Part shown: positions 15,346 through 25,357 of the stretch, piece by piece
Layout: each line of letters begins with the position of its first letter
How positions within the stretch are numbered: the first letter of the stretch is position 1
Assembly (NCBI GenBank): GCA_963789395.1
Contig: CAWBKP010000014.1
Span: forward strand, 390,816-454,815
Direction: 5' to 3'
DNA length: 64,000 bases
Origin: an uncultured delta proteobacterium
Lineage (GTDB): Bacteria; Desulfobacterota; Desulfobacteria; Desulfobacterales; Desulfatirhabdiaceae
The notes under the pieces: generated by a model
Databases searched by the model: none
What the model saw: only the letters and a program-made list of their open reading frames with translations
What the model was told of the DNA's origin: nothing
Translations under genes and position numbers: made by a program

Positions 15346-16402
15346 ATGACCATTCGTGAAAAATTTGAAAACAGGGAAAAGAGTTTTTTATCCCCTTTTG
15401 GCTGTTTGAGTTCGGAATCCCGGGGCAGGGAAAGGCCTGAAGACCCTTGCCCCATTCGTACGGCGTTTCAGGTGGATCGGGACCGGATCGTCTATTCCAA
15501 CGCCTTCCGGCGACTGAAATACAAAACCCAGGTGTTTCTGGCGCCGCTGGGGGATTATTACCGCACCCGCCTGACGCACACCCTTGAAGTAGCCCAGATC
15601 GCCAGAAACATTTCCCGCGCCATGCTCCTGAATGAAGATTTGACCGAAGCCATTGCTCTGGGACATGATCTGGGGCACCCGCCTTTCGGGCACAGCGGGG
15701 AAAAAACCCTTCAGGAAATATATTCGAAGGATTTCTATCACAACAAGCAGAGCGTCCGGGTTGTGGAAGTGCTTGAAAACAAAGGTCTTGGGCTGAACCT
15801 GACCTATGAGGTTCGAGACGGGATTCTGAAACATTCCAAGGGATTCGGAAAGATCATCCCCGATGATCCATCAGAGCTTGCCGCAACGTTTGAGGGGAGA
15901 GTCGTCCGGATCGCGGATATCATGGCGTACCTGAATCACGATCTGGATGATGCCATCCGCAGCGGCGTCATTTCCATCGAGCAGGTTCCCGGAATCCTGT
16001 TCACGGATAATCGGTCGAACCCATTCCCAGCGGGCAACCACCATGATTCGGGATCTGGTGTTTTCCAGTGAGGTTCGAAATGGAGACCTGATATTGAAAA
16101 TGAGCGATGAGGTCAGCGCCGCCATGAATACGCTGCGGGCATTTCTCTATGATAATGTTTACCGCTCCCCCCGGGTTCACAACGAATTTATCAAGGCAAA
16201 GAAGATATTGACCGAACTGTATGAATGTTTGCTGAACCGGCCGGATATATTCAAAAAAGAACTCAGTGCCGTGGAAATGTCCTGGTTTCATTACAACGAC
16301 CTGTCCCACGAACAGTCGATCTGTGATTTTATCGCCAGCATGACCGATCGGTGCGCACTGAGCCTGTATGAAAAAATCTTTTTCCCCTCACCACTGATCT
16401 GA
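15346..16402 (+). CDS. dgt: Deoxyguanosinetriphosphate triphosphohydrolase-like HD protein (frameshift ~15995)
   Basis: [40 protein letters not shown]-terminal DFIASMTD. Confidence 0.92.
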
Positions 16403-17004
16403 TGGAGGCCCATGGATTGAAACCCCGGCAGGAAAACATGGAACGGTGTACGCCGTATCTTGACAGGCTGGCGGCGATATTCCGGAAAATGGATACGCGC
16501 TATGCGGAAACAGCCGGAAACTACGGTTTTGTCTGTTCAGGATGCACGGATAGTTGCTGCCGAACCCGATTTTATCACCACACCCTGATAGAATATTTTT
16601 ATTTGAAGCGCGGACTGGATTCCCTGAGTTCAACCGACCGGGAACGGTTTTTTTCCCGGGCACAGGATGTGAATTCCCGATGGAACCTGCATTCCGCTCC
16701 CGCTCCCGGCGTGATGTGCCCGCTGAACGAGGCGGGACGGTGCCGTCTGTATGCCCACCGGCCCATGATCTGCAGACTTCACGGCATTCCCCACGAACTG
16801 AACCACCCTGTAACGGGCCGGGCCCTGGGCCCGGGCTGCCACGAATTCGTCATCCAATGCGGTGATAAACCCTACGTCCCTTTTGACCGAACCTCGCTGT
16901 ACCGGGAACTGGCCGATCTGGAAAACGCTTTCCGGCAGGAAACCGGGCTGAATGTCAAAATAAAGATGACCATCGCGGAAATGCTGGTTGACTGCCGGGA
17001 ATAG
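16402..17004 (+). CDS. YkgJ-like cysteine-cluster (CxxCxxxCC) protein
   Basis: CSGCTDSCC..CPL..CRLYAHRPMICRLHG. Confidence 0.8.
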   Translation: MEAHGLKPRQENMERCTPYLDRLAAIFRKMDTRYAETAGNYGFVCSGCTDSCCRTRFYHHTLIEYFYLKRGLDSLSSTDRERFFSRAQDVNSRWNLHSAPAPGVMCPLNEAGRCRLYAHRPMICRLHGIPHELNHPVTGRALGPGCHEFVIQCGDKPYVPFDRTSLYRELADLENAFRQETGLNVKIKMTIAEMLVDCRE

Positions 17005-17050
17005 ATTTTTTTTGAAATCTTGTTTTTTGTGAATGCTTTTCAAAAACTGC

Positions 17051-17079
17051 TTGCTTTTTAAAATCTTGTTCAATATATT
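17051..17079 (+). promoter_or_regulatory. sigma70-type promoter of the glutamate synthase/metVF operon
   Basis: TTGCTT-N17-TATATT. Confidence 0.55.
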
Positions 17080-17087
17080 ACAAAAAT

Positions 17088-17140
17088 GAAGTCAACGTGG
17101 ACTTCTGCTGAAATTGAATCAACGTCTCAACGAAGAGATG
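17088..17140 (+). promoter_or_regulatory. ANTAR-type dual stem-loop RNA element
   Basis: GAAGTC-AACGTG-GACTTC and CGTCTC-AACGAA-GAGATG: 6-bp stems, C-G closing pairs, hexaloops with A1 and G4, 17-nt linker. Confidence 0.7.
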
Positions 17141-17304
17141 CTGCGGGGTTTTCCGGGTAATCAGGGCGGTTCCGATAAAGGTTTTTTTCAATACCGCTGC
17201 AAAATTCCTTCCGGACTTATCGACCCCCCCGATCCGTTCAGTTCCTGGATCAACGCCGATCCTGCCGTATTCCATTCACCGACGAAATTATCCATATAGT
17301 GGTA

Positions 17305-17355
17305 ACCGGAGCTGCTTTGCCCTGTTTCGCAAGGACGGCTGCACGGTTTTTTTTA
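17305..17355 (+). terminator. Possible leader terminator/attenuator
   Basis: Imperfect GC-rich stem followed by an 8-T run, ~90 bp before the first gene. Confidence 0.4.
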
Positions 17356-17444
17356 TCCAATCCGAAGACGATTTTACCCGGTATCCACCCTTTATTCCGG
17401 ATCCGGGGTGTTATTGCTTTTCTGTTCAGCGGTAAGGAGTCGCG

Positions 17445-17837
17445 ATGAAACCTGAGATTGTGATTTATTGTTGCGCCAATTCCTCGGCGATTTCAGAAGA
17501 AGATGCCGAGAAAATCATTCCCGAAGATCAGGCAGTGCTTCGGATTTCCCGGCTGCCCTGTTCCGGACGCACGGATGTGCTCTATCTGCTGCGGAGCATC
17601 GAAACAGGGGCGACCCTGACGATGATCGTGGGCTGCCCGGAAGGCCAGTGTCAGTTTCTGGAAGGAAATCTGCGCGCCAGAATGCGGGTGCGTTACGCCA
17701 ACCGGTTGCTGGCTGAAGCCGGGCTGGGGGAAGAGCGTATTCACATGGTCAATATCGCACCCGGCGATGAATCCTCTTTTGCCGCCGCGCTTCGGGAAGC
17801 GGTCGCAAAGGCCCGGCAAATCGGTTCGTGGAGGTAG
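17445..17837 (+). CDS. MvhD/FlpD-like [2Fe-2S] hydrogenase iron-sulfur subunit
   Basis: IYCC..RLPCSGR..GCPEGQCQFLEGN..GLGEERI. Confidence 0.85.
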   Translation: MKPEIVIYCCANSSAISEEDAEKIIPEDQAVLRISRLPCSGRTDVLYLLRSIETGATLTMIVGCPEGQCQFLEGNLRARMRVRYANRLLAEAGLGEERIHMVNIAPGDESSFAAALREAVAKARQIGSWR

Positions 17838-17841
17838 ACAG

Positions 17842-19239
17842 ATGCCCAAAAAATATCATATCAAACCAGCCCCTGCCGCGCCGCACTTTATTCCCGTGGG
17901 CCGCTCGGGAATCATCGATTTTGAAGAGGACTGCCTCAAGTGCACGACCTGTGTCAAAAAGCGCTGCCTCTATGACGTGTACAAGAACCGCGCCTACGAT
18001 GCGAAAAGCCTGGTAGACTCCATCGATCACCAGTGCAAGAACTGTTTCAGCTGCATTCAGAATTGCCCCCGCGGCGTACTCTCCAAGACGATCAACCCGG
18101 AGTTTTTAAGGATGGGCGATGCCTACTGGAAACCGGATATCATCCACAACACCTGGTTCCAGGCCGAGACCGGCAAGATTCCGGTGTCCGGCGCAGGATA
18201 TCGCGGTCCTTTCAGCGGCCCGGGGTTTGACGCCATGTGGACGGACATGTCTGAAATCGTCCGGCCCACCCGTGACGGCATTCACGGCCGCGAATACATC
18301 AGCACCGGCATCGATGTGGGAAGAAAACAGCATCACCTGGAATTCGATGCAGACGGCAGGGTTCGCCTGGAAATGTCTCCCCTGGTCGAGGTTCCCCTTC
18401 CCGTGATCTTCAATACCCTGCCTTTCGGCAACCTGGGAAAGGGGATTATCCTGTCCTTTGCTGCCGCTGCCCGCCAGATCGGCAGCCTGATGTACGTGAC
18501 GCCCGAAACCTACGGCGCGTTTTTAGCGCCTTTCAAGGCACAGCTCATTCCCCTGCTGACCGCGGATGCAGACCCGGATGCGGAAATCGTGGATGGCGTG
18601 AAAATGGTCGAGTTGTATTATGCCCCCGATATCTGGAAGCGCGTCCAGCAGCTAAAAGACCGCGATCCCGAACGGGTGGTTTCCATTCGCCTGCCCATGA
18701 ATTCCGAAGCCAGAACCATCGCGGCGGATCTGGCCCGGGCCGGAGCGGAAGTCATCCATCTTTTTGCCGACTACCGGGGAAATGAATTCGTGGAAGGCGA
18801 CGCACCGCGCTTTGTCAAGGACGCCCTGCGGGACATTCATACCCATCTGGTGAATGAAACCGTACGGGATCAGGTCACCTTGATCGTCAGCGGCGGCATT
18901 GCCCTGGCTGAGCATCTGCCAAAAGCCATCATCTGCGGGGCGGATGGTGCGGCCATAGACCTGCCGCTTCTGATCGCCCTGGAGTGCCGCGTCTGCAAAC
19001 GCTGCGTGTCCGGAAAATCGTGTCCCGTGGAACTTCAGAACCTCGATCCCGAATACGGCAGCCGGCGCGTGGTGAACCTCATGTGCAGCTGGTGGAGTCA
19101 GCTCATCGAACTGATGGGCGCCATGGGCATCCGGGATGTGCGGCGGGTGCGGGGTGAAGCCGGCCGGGCCATGTTCTTCGAAGACCTGGAAAGAGAGACT
19201 TTCGGTGCCATTTTTGGCGGACCCGCCGCTGACAGATAG
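17842..19239 (+). CDS. Glutamate synthase FMN-domain-like protein with N-terminal ferredoxin, degenerate
   Basis: CLKCTTC, CKNCFSCIQNCP, GFDAMWTD, SGGI, CRVCKRC..CP; lacks MSFG/QGAKPG; ATG 17842. Confidence 0.8.
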   Translation: MPKKYHIKPAPAAPHFIPVGRSGIIDFEEDCLKCTTCVKKRCLYDVYKNRAYDAKSLVDSIDHQCKNCFSCIQNCPRGVLSKTINPEFLRMGDAYWKPDIIHNTWFQAETGKIPVSGAGYRGPFSGPGFDAMWTDMSEIVRPTRDGIHGREYISTGIDVGRKQHHLEFDADGRVRLEMSPLVEVPLPVIFNTLPFGNLGKGIILSFAAAARQIGSLMYVTPETYGAFLAPFKAQLIPLLTADADPDAEIVDGVKMVELYYAPDIWKRVQQLKDRDPERVVSIRLPMNSEARTIAADLARAGAEVIHLFADYRGNEFVEGDAPRFVKDALRDIHTHLVNETVRDQVTLIVSGGIALAEHLPKAIICGADGAAIDLPLLIALECRVCKRCVSGKSCPVELQNLDPEYGSRRVVNLMCSWWSQLIELMGAMGIRDVRRVRGEAGRAMFFEDLERETFGAIFGGPAADR

Positions 19240-19331
19240 CAGGTTATTGACAATAGGCCATGGGCCACAGGTTTTCTTTTTTGCCCGTTTCCCATAGCCC
19301 AACACCTTATTTTTAAAGGAGTATTCAGACC

Positions 19332-20798
19332 GTGAAAGCAGCGATCAAAAAAACAGCTTCACGATTTCGTCATACCATCGGTAAATACAGGGTTCAGCGC
19401 GGAAGTCAGTGCAAAAGCTGCTCCGGTTGCGTGGTCGCCTGTCCGCATGGCGTGCATTTCAAGGCGGGCACCCGCATGGCAACGCCCAGGGATTATCTCT
19501 GCGTCGGGCCGGATCTGTGCAAAAGCCAGGACTGCTTCTGTGTGGAGAAATGCCCCAATCAGGCCCTGAAGGTGACGATCAACCCCCAGATAAAGGCGCT
19601 TGGCGATTTTCGCTGGACAGCGGACCTGCTCATGAGCACCTGGTATCAGGCCGAAACCGGCGAGCTTCCCGATGTGGATCTGGAATACCGGACCGGCAAT
19701 TCCGGTGGCGGGTTTGACAAGCTGCGGTTCCGGTTTCCCGAAAAACCGCTTCAGGCCATCCCTGCCGATGAAATCGACACCAGCATCGAGCTGAACAAAC
19801 GCGGAGACAACAGCCACCGCATCACCATCGCCCTCCCCCTGTATCAGGGCGGCATGTCGTTCGGGTCGGTCAGCGACAGCACCATGATATCCCGTGCCAG
19901 AGCCGCCATGCTCTGGGATACGTTCGGGTGCACCGGAGAAGGGGGGTACCCGGAGTTTCTCTATCCCTTTGACAGTCAGATGATCACCCAGGTGGCCACC
20001 GGGCTTTTCGGCGTCAAGGAAGAGACCATCCAGCGGGTACGCATCATCGAGTTCAAGTACGCTCAGGGTGCCAAACCCGGCCTGGGAGGTCATCTTCTGG
20101 GGGACAAGGTGACCGAGAAAGTGGCCAAAATGCGAGAGGCTGTCAAGGGCAGCGCGCTTTTTTCCCCGTTTCCGTTTCACAGCGTTTATTCGGTGGAAGA
20201 CCACAAAAAGCATGTGGACTGGATCAAGGCCATGAATCCCAAAGCCCTGGTGTCGGTCAAGGTGTCGACCCCTGCGGACGTGGACATGGTGGCCATCGGC
20301 AGCTACTACGCCGGCGCCCACATCGTGCATCTGGACGGCAGCTACGGCGGCACCGGCGCAGCGCCGGACATCGCCAAAAAGAACATTGCCATGCCCATTG
20401 AATACGCCATTCCCAAGGTACACCGGTTTCTGGTGGAAGAAGGCGTGCGCGACAAGGTGACACTGATTGCCAGCGGCGGCATTCGAACGGCCCACGATAT
20501 CTTAAAGGCCATCGCCCTGGGCGCGGACGGCGTGGTGGAGGGAACTGCCGGCATGGTGGCGCTGGAATGCACGCGCTGCAGCTCCTGCGAAAGCGGGCGC
20601 GGCTGCCCGCGGGGCATCGCCACCACCGATCCGGAACTGGCCGAGTTGATCACCGTGGACTGGGGCGCCCAGCGGGTTTACAACCTGTATGCGTCCTGGC
20701 GCAAACAAATCGTCGGCGTCCTTCAGCAGCTCGGCATGCGCAGCATTCGCGAGCTGGTCGGCAGAACCGATTGCCTGCGCCATCTGGATTACAACTGA
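19332..20798 (+). CDS. gltB: Archaeal-type glutamate synthase FMN-binding subunit with ferredoxin domain
   Basis: GGMSFG, TGEGG, EFKYAQGAKPGLGGHL, DGSYGGTGAA, SGGIR, CTRCSSC..CPRGIAT. Confidence 0.9.
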   Translation: MKAAIKKTASRFRHTIGKYRVQRGSQCKSCSGCVVACPHGVHFKAGTRMATPRDYLCVGPDLCKSQDCFCVEKCPNQALKVTINPQIKALGDFRWTADLLMSTWYQAETGELPDVDLEYRTGNSGGGFDKLRFRFPEKPLQAIPADEIDTSIELNKRGDNSHRITIALPLYQGGMSFGSVSDSTMISRARAAMLWDTFGCTGEGGYPEFLYPFDSQMITQVATGLFGVKEETIQRVRIIEFKYAQGAKPGLGGHLLGDKVTEKVAKMREAVKGSALFSPFPFHSVYSVEDHKKHVDWIKAMNPKALVSVKVSTPADVDMVAIGSYYAGAHIVHLDGSYGGTGAAPDIAKKNIAMPIEYAIPKVHRFLVEEGVRDKVTLIASGGIRTAHDILKAIALGADGVVEGTAGMVALECTRCSSCESGRGCPRGIATTDPELAELITVDWGAQRVYNLYASWRKQIVGVLQQLGMRSIRELVGRTDCLRHLDYN

Positions 20799-20961
20799 TG
20801 GCTTCTTCAACATCATCGTCATCGGCTACATCTGTACGCTCAATCCTGTTATCCGCTCAGATTACAGTTATTGGCTCGCAGCAACGGTGACAAGAATTGG
20901 CGTAAATCCATTCTCGCATAACCCCTTTACTAGATTTTATTTATCGAATTGGAGACGTTTA

Positions 20962-23631
20962 ATGAGTACAACCAGCAAAGCGCTTTCAGCTGCTGAAAAG
21001 ATACTGGCTTCCCGGGGCCGGATGCTCGCGGAATATCCCCCGCTTTCCGGCGTCAAGGTAGAGGAAGAAGGGGGCTGCGGGGTCACGGGGTTTGCCTGTT
21101 CCATTCCCGTAGGCGGCAAGCACATTTTCGAGCCCTCCCGGCAGATGCACAACCGCGGCAACGGCAAGGGCGGCGGCATCGCCGCGGTAGGCTTTGTGCC
21201 GGAAGCATTGGGGGTTTCACAGGAAATTCTGGACAGCCACTACATGCTTCAGGTCGCATTGATCGACCCCCAGGACAAGGCAGCCGCAAAGGCGGTTGAA
21301 GACCAGTTCATCCTTCCCTGGCTGGATGTCGCCAAATCTGAAAAAATACCCACCGTAGCGGACTTTCGCGACATACCGGGCCTGGACGTGCGGCCCCCGG
21401 ATGTGATGCGCTATTTCGTCCGCGTGAAAAAAGACGTGCTGCGGGACTTCACGGCAAAGAACCACTTCGAGACCTTGAAGCCGGGACGGGCGGAAGACGA
21501 ATTCATGTGTCAGAACGCTTTCAAGCTCAACACCCGGTTTTATTCCACACTGGGTGATAAAAAAGCGTTTGTCATGTCCCACGGCAAGAACATGATGATC
21601 CTGAAGATCGTGGGCTATGCCGAGCTGGTGGCCAGCTATTACCAGCTGGAAGAATTCAAGTCCCACATCTGGATCGCCCATCAGCGCTATCCGACCAAGG
21701 GCCGCGTCTGGCATCCGGGCGGGGCCCACCCGTTCAGCGGCATGCACGAAGCCCTGGTTCACAACGGGGATTTTGCCAATTACCACTCGGTCTGCGAATA
21801 TCTGAAGCAGCGCAATTTCTTTCCGCTGTTTCATACGGATACGGAAGCCTCGGTTCTGATGCTGGACCTGCTGAACCGGGTATACGAATATCCGCTGGAA
21901 TATATCATCGAAGCCCTGGCGCCCACCACGGAAGCCGATTTCGATCAGCTTCCGGCGGACAAGCAAAAGATTTACCGGGCCATTCAGGCGGCCCATATTC
22001 ACGGATCTCCGGACGGCCCCTGGTTTTTCATCATCGCCAGAAATGACCCGTATCAGAAACTGTTCCAGTTGATCGGCATTACCGATACGGCCATGCTGCG
22101 GCCCCAGGTGTTCGCGCTCCAGGACGGCGAGGTCCAGATCGGGCTGGTGTGCTCGGAAAAACAGGCCATTGACGCCACGCTCGACAGCCTGGCCAAGGAA
22201 GATCCGCGCTTTTGTCCGGTATGCGACAAATACTGGAACGCCCGCGGCGGCAGCCATACGGATGGCGGAACTTTTGTCTTTACCGTCAAGCCGGAAAACG
22301 GCGCCATGCGCCTGAGTTGTTCCGATAAATTCGGAAATGTCCAGACCGTGACTGAAAACCAGACAGGCTGCGATGCGACCGCGGCGGTTACCGCGCCGTC
22401 ACTGGAAGGGGAAATCCGCCAGAATCTTTCTCTTTTGTCCAGCCAGGGACGGATTGAAGACCTGTTTGCGTATCTGGCAGGCAATATTCCGGCCTGGGAC
22501 TACAATACCTTCCGATGGGCCTGCGCAGAGCTTGTCCGGGCCGCAGGCGGCAGCGATGCCGACAAGGCGACGGCGATCGAGGTGCTGACGCTTCTGAATG
22601 ACCGCAGGTTTGCCACGGGCGACAAGAAACGCGCCTGGGTATTGTGGATCATTCGCGGCAGTCTGCGCGAAATTTTCGGCGCCACCCCGGATTTCAAACA
22701 GCCGCAGGCAAGCCGGTACCGGTATATTGATTTCAAGACCCGGGATTTATTGCGAGCGCCCCAGGCCGGCGAGGAAATTCTGGTGGTGTATACCCGGGAG
22801 TTTGAACCCGAAGGCGACGACTGTGATGCACGTCTGCTCTGCGAGGCGTATTTCAAGGGCTGGAAACGCTTCATTGTTTACGGCTACCGTGGCCAGCGAT
22901 TTACCGGAAACGGCTTCGGCCCGAACACCCAGGATGTGCGCATCGATGTCTACGGAAGCTCCGGAGATTATCTGGCCTCCGGCATCGACGGCATGGAAAT
23001 CTATGTCCACGGCAATGCCCAGGATCAGCTCGGTCAGATCATGAAAGACGGGAAACTGGCGGTGTTCGGCGATGTGGGACAGACCTTCATGTACGGCGCC
23101 AAAGGCGGCGAGGTCTATGTGATGGGAAATGCCGCGGGACGTCCCCTCATCAATGCCGTGGGACGTCCGCGGGTGGTGATCAACGGGACAGCCCTCGACT
23201 ATCTGGCGGAATCCTTCATGGCCGGAGATCCCTATAACGGCGGCGGTTTTGTGATTCTAAACGGCATGGCGTTTTCAGATGACGGCAGCCTGGAAGAACT
23301 GCCCACGCCCTATCCCGGCTCAAACCTTTTTTCACTGGCGTCCGGCGGTGCGATTTTTGCGCGCGACCCCCACCGCCGGCTTCTGGAGGATCAGCTGAAC
23401 GGCGGCGAGTTTGCCGAATTCACGGATGCGGACTGGAACCTGATTCGTCCATACCTGGAAGAGAATGAGCGGCTTTTCGGGATTTCCATTGAAAAGGATA
23501 TTCTTTCTGTCAATGGCAAATTGCGAAAGCCATCTGAAGTGTATCGCAGAGTCAAGGCCGTGCAGCTCACGGTGCTGACCGGCGTGCAGAAAAAGTCCGA
23601 TCCGGCGCTTGAAATGGCAGCCGATAGATGA
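20962..23631 (+). CDS. gltB: Glutamate synthase amidotransferase domain fused to GXGXG domain
   Basis: Ntn motif GGCGVTG, HQRYPT, AHPF, VHNGD; C-terminal GXGXG repeats; RBS GGAG before ATG 20962. Confidence 0.88.
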   Translation: MSTTSKALSAAEKILASRGRMLAEYPPLSGVKVEEEGGCGVTGFACSIPVGGKHIFEPSRQMHNRGNGKGGGIAAVGFVPEALGVSQEILDSHYMLQVALIDPQDKAAAKAVEDQFILPWLDVAKSEKIPTVADFRDIPGLDVRPPDVMRYFVRVKKDVLRDFTAKNHFETLKPGRAEDEFMCQNAFKLNTRFYSTLGDKKAFVMSHGKNMMILKIVGYAELVASYYQLEEFKSHIWIAHQRYPTKGRVWHPGGAHPFSGMHEALVHNGDFANYHSVCEYLKQRNFFPLFHTDTEASVLMLDLLNRVYEYPLEYIIEALAPTTEADFDQLPADKQKIYRAIQAAHIHGSPDGPWFFIIARNDPYQKLFQLIGITDTAMLRPQVFALQDGEVQIGLVCSEKQAIDATLDSLAKEDPRFCPVCDKYWNARGGSHTDGGTFVFTVKPENGAMRLSCSDKFGNVQTVTENQTGCDATAAVTAPSLEGEIRQNLSLLSSQGRIEDLFAYLAGNIPAWDYNTFRWACAELVRAAGGSDADKATAIEVLTLLNDRRFATGDKKRAWVLWIIRGSLREIFGATPDFKQPQASRYRYIDFKTRDLLRAPQAGEEILVVYTREFEPEGDDCDARLLCEAYFKGWKRFIVYGYRGQRFTGNGFGPNTQDVRIDVYGSSGDYLASGIDGMEIYVHGNAQDQLGQIMKDGKLAVFGDVGQTFMYGAKGGEVYVMGNAAGRPLINAVGRPRVVINGTALDYLAESFMAGDPYNGGGFVILNGMAFSDDGSLEELPTPYPGSNLFSLASGGAIFARDPHRRLLEDQLNGGEFAEFTDADWNLIRPYLEENERLFGISIEKDILSVNGKLRKPSEVYRRVKAVQLTVLTGVQKKSDPALEMAADR

Positions 23632-23706
23632 GGATAAGCCGACGGCAAAGGGGTATCGCCCTTCTGCCGCTGGCCTTCAGCCCAATAATTCATACGAGGT
23701 GTTGAA

Positions 23707-24372
23707 ATGATCGTAGCGGAACGAAAACCATTTGATGAAATCAAAACCATGCTCGCAGGCTGCCGGAAAGTCTTCATTCTTGGCTGTGATACCTGCGTGA
23801 GCGTCTGCATGGCGGGCGGCAAGAAAGAAGTCGGGCTTCTGGCCTCTCAGCTTCGCATGAGTTTCAAAAAAGACGGCAAGGACATTCAGATCGATGAGGA
23901 CACGGTGGAGCGCCAGTGCAATCGCGAATACATGGAGCTGGTACTGAACAAGCTGCAGGATTATGACCTCGTGGTCTCGATGGCCTGCGGTGCCGGTGTC
24001 CAGCTTCTGTCGGATCTGTCCGAGCCGCTCCAGATTCTGCCGGGCGTCAACACGCGCTTTATCGGCATGACCCCGAAGGACGGCACCTGGGAAGAGCGCT
24101 GCCGGGCCTGCGGGGATTGCGTTCTGGGGGAAACCGGCGGCATCTGCCCGGTGACGGTCTGCGCCAAGGGCATTTTAAACGGCCCCTGCGGCGGCACGGA
24201 TCACGGCAAGTGCGAAGTGGATAAGGAAAAAGACTGCGCCTGGACCCTGATCTATCGGCGCCTTGACAAAATGGGCAAACTCGATAATATCCGGAAGAAT
24301 TTTCCGCCGCGCAACCACCTGGTCCAGTGTCATCCGGCAAAGCAGGTGCACGAAGTTTACAAAGGAGAATAA
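23707..24372 (+). CDS. metV: Methylene-THF reductase small Fe-S subunit (MetV)
   Basis: GCDTCVSVC, ACGAGVQ, CRACGDC..GGICP..CAKGILNGPCGG..CEV..CAW. Confidence 0.88.
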   Translation: MIVAERKPFDEIKTMLAGCRKVFILGCDTCVSVCMAGGKKEVGLLASQLRMSFKKDGKDIQIDEDTVERQCNREYMELVLNKLQDYDLVVSMACGAGVQLLSDLSEPLQILPGVNTRFIGMTPKDGTWEERCRACGDCVLGETGGICPVTVCAKGILNGPCGGTDHGKCEVDKEKDCAWTLIYRRLDKMGKLDNIRKNFPPRNHLVQCHPAKQVHEVYKGE

Positions 24373-24375
24373 GAG

Positions 24376-25260
24376 ATGGCTGTTTCGTTCAAAGACGCAC
24401 TTCGATCCGGGGATTTCATTGTCACTGCGGAAGTCGGCCCGCCAAAGGGAACCGATGTCGCGGAGATGAAAGCGCACATTGCACTGCTGAAAGACAAGGT
24501 TCACGGCCTCAACATGACGGACAATCAGAGTTCGGTGATGCGCCTGTCCTCTCTGGTGGGCTGCCACATCATCAAGGAAATGGGCGGTGTGCCCATTCTG
24601 CAGATGACCGGAAGGGACCGCAACCGCATGGCCCTTCAATCGGACCTTTTGAGCGCCAGCGTCCTGGGAATCGATACGGTGCTGTGCCTGACCGGGGATC
24701 ACATCTCCCTGGGGGATCACAAGGAAGCCAAACCGGTTCATGACCTGGAATCGATCCAGATTCTAAAAGCAATTAAAGCCCTTGCGTCCGGCAAGGATCT
24801 GGCGGGAAATCCGTTGCAGGGCTCGCCGCAGTTCTGCGCCGGCGCCGTGGTCACCCCCGAGGCCGACCCCATTGAGCCGCAACTGATGAAGTTTGAAAAG
24901 AAAGTCCGGGCAGGCGCGGAATTCTTCCAGACCCAGGCTGTGTATGATCTGGATGCCTTCAGGCGTTTCATGGATTATGCCGGAAAATTCGACGTGAAAA
25001 TTCTGGCAGGCATCGTTCTGCTGACGTCCAGCCGCATGGCGACCTACATGAACCAGCACGTGGCCGGCATTTATGTGCCGGACAGCCTGGTTGCGGAAAT
25101 GGCCGGCGCCCCCAAAGGCGGGGCCCTGCAGAAAGGCATTGAAATCGCCGGCCGGATGATCCGCAAAATCAAGGAGGAAGGCATTGCCCACGGCGTTCAC
25201 ATCATGGCCATCGGCAAGGAAACCGTGGTGCCCGACATCCTTCAGGCCGCCGGTCTCTGA
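24376..25260 (+). CDS. metF: Methylenetetrahydrofolate reductase
   Basis: EVGPPKG, TDNQ, RDRNRMALQSDL, LTGDH, KKVRAGAEFFQTQ, GVHIMA. Confidence 0.93.
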   Translation: MAVSFKDALRSGDFIVTAEVGPPKGTDVAEMKAHIALLKDKVHGLNMTDNQSSVMRLSSLVGCHIIKEMGGVPILQMTGRDRNRMALQSDLLSASVLGIDTVLCLTGDHISLGDHKEAKPVHDLESIQILKAIKALASGKDLAGNPLQGSPQFCAGAVVTPEADPIEPQLMKFEKKVRAGAEFFQTQAVYDLDAFRRFMDYAGKFDVKILAGIVLLTSSRMATYMNQHVAGIYVPDSLVAEMAGAPKGGALQKGIEIAGRMIRKIKEEGIAHGVHIMAIGKETVVPDILQAAGL

Positions 25261-25284
25261 TCCGTTTTTCCATCCCCGCGGGTT

Positions 25285-25354
25285 CCCCCCCCCTTTGAAA
25301 AAGGGGGGCCAGGGGGGATTTCAAGCGGCGATTCCGCAATCCCCCTCAATCCCC
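25285..25354. repeat. CCCCCCTTTGAAAAGGGGGG-type palindromic (REP-like) element, copy 1 (partial)
   Basis: Similar to 28303-28390 and 32620-32696. Confidence 0.7.
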
Positions 25355-25357
25355 GTT

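Noticed and set aside
17114..17299. 61-aa leader peptide
   Set aside because: TTG start without an RBS, no Gln/Glu/Met enrichment, and it overlaps the hairpins; unsupported, though not excluded.
17086..17444. SAM-I riboswitch upstream of a metF-containing operon
   Set aside because: The core AUC-AGAG..GCAACC..GUGC..GAU pattern is not present.
20689..20961. N-terminal extension of the 980-aa ORF
   Set aside because: Overlaps the upstream gene; the RBS and ATG at 20962 give a better start.
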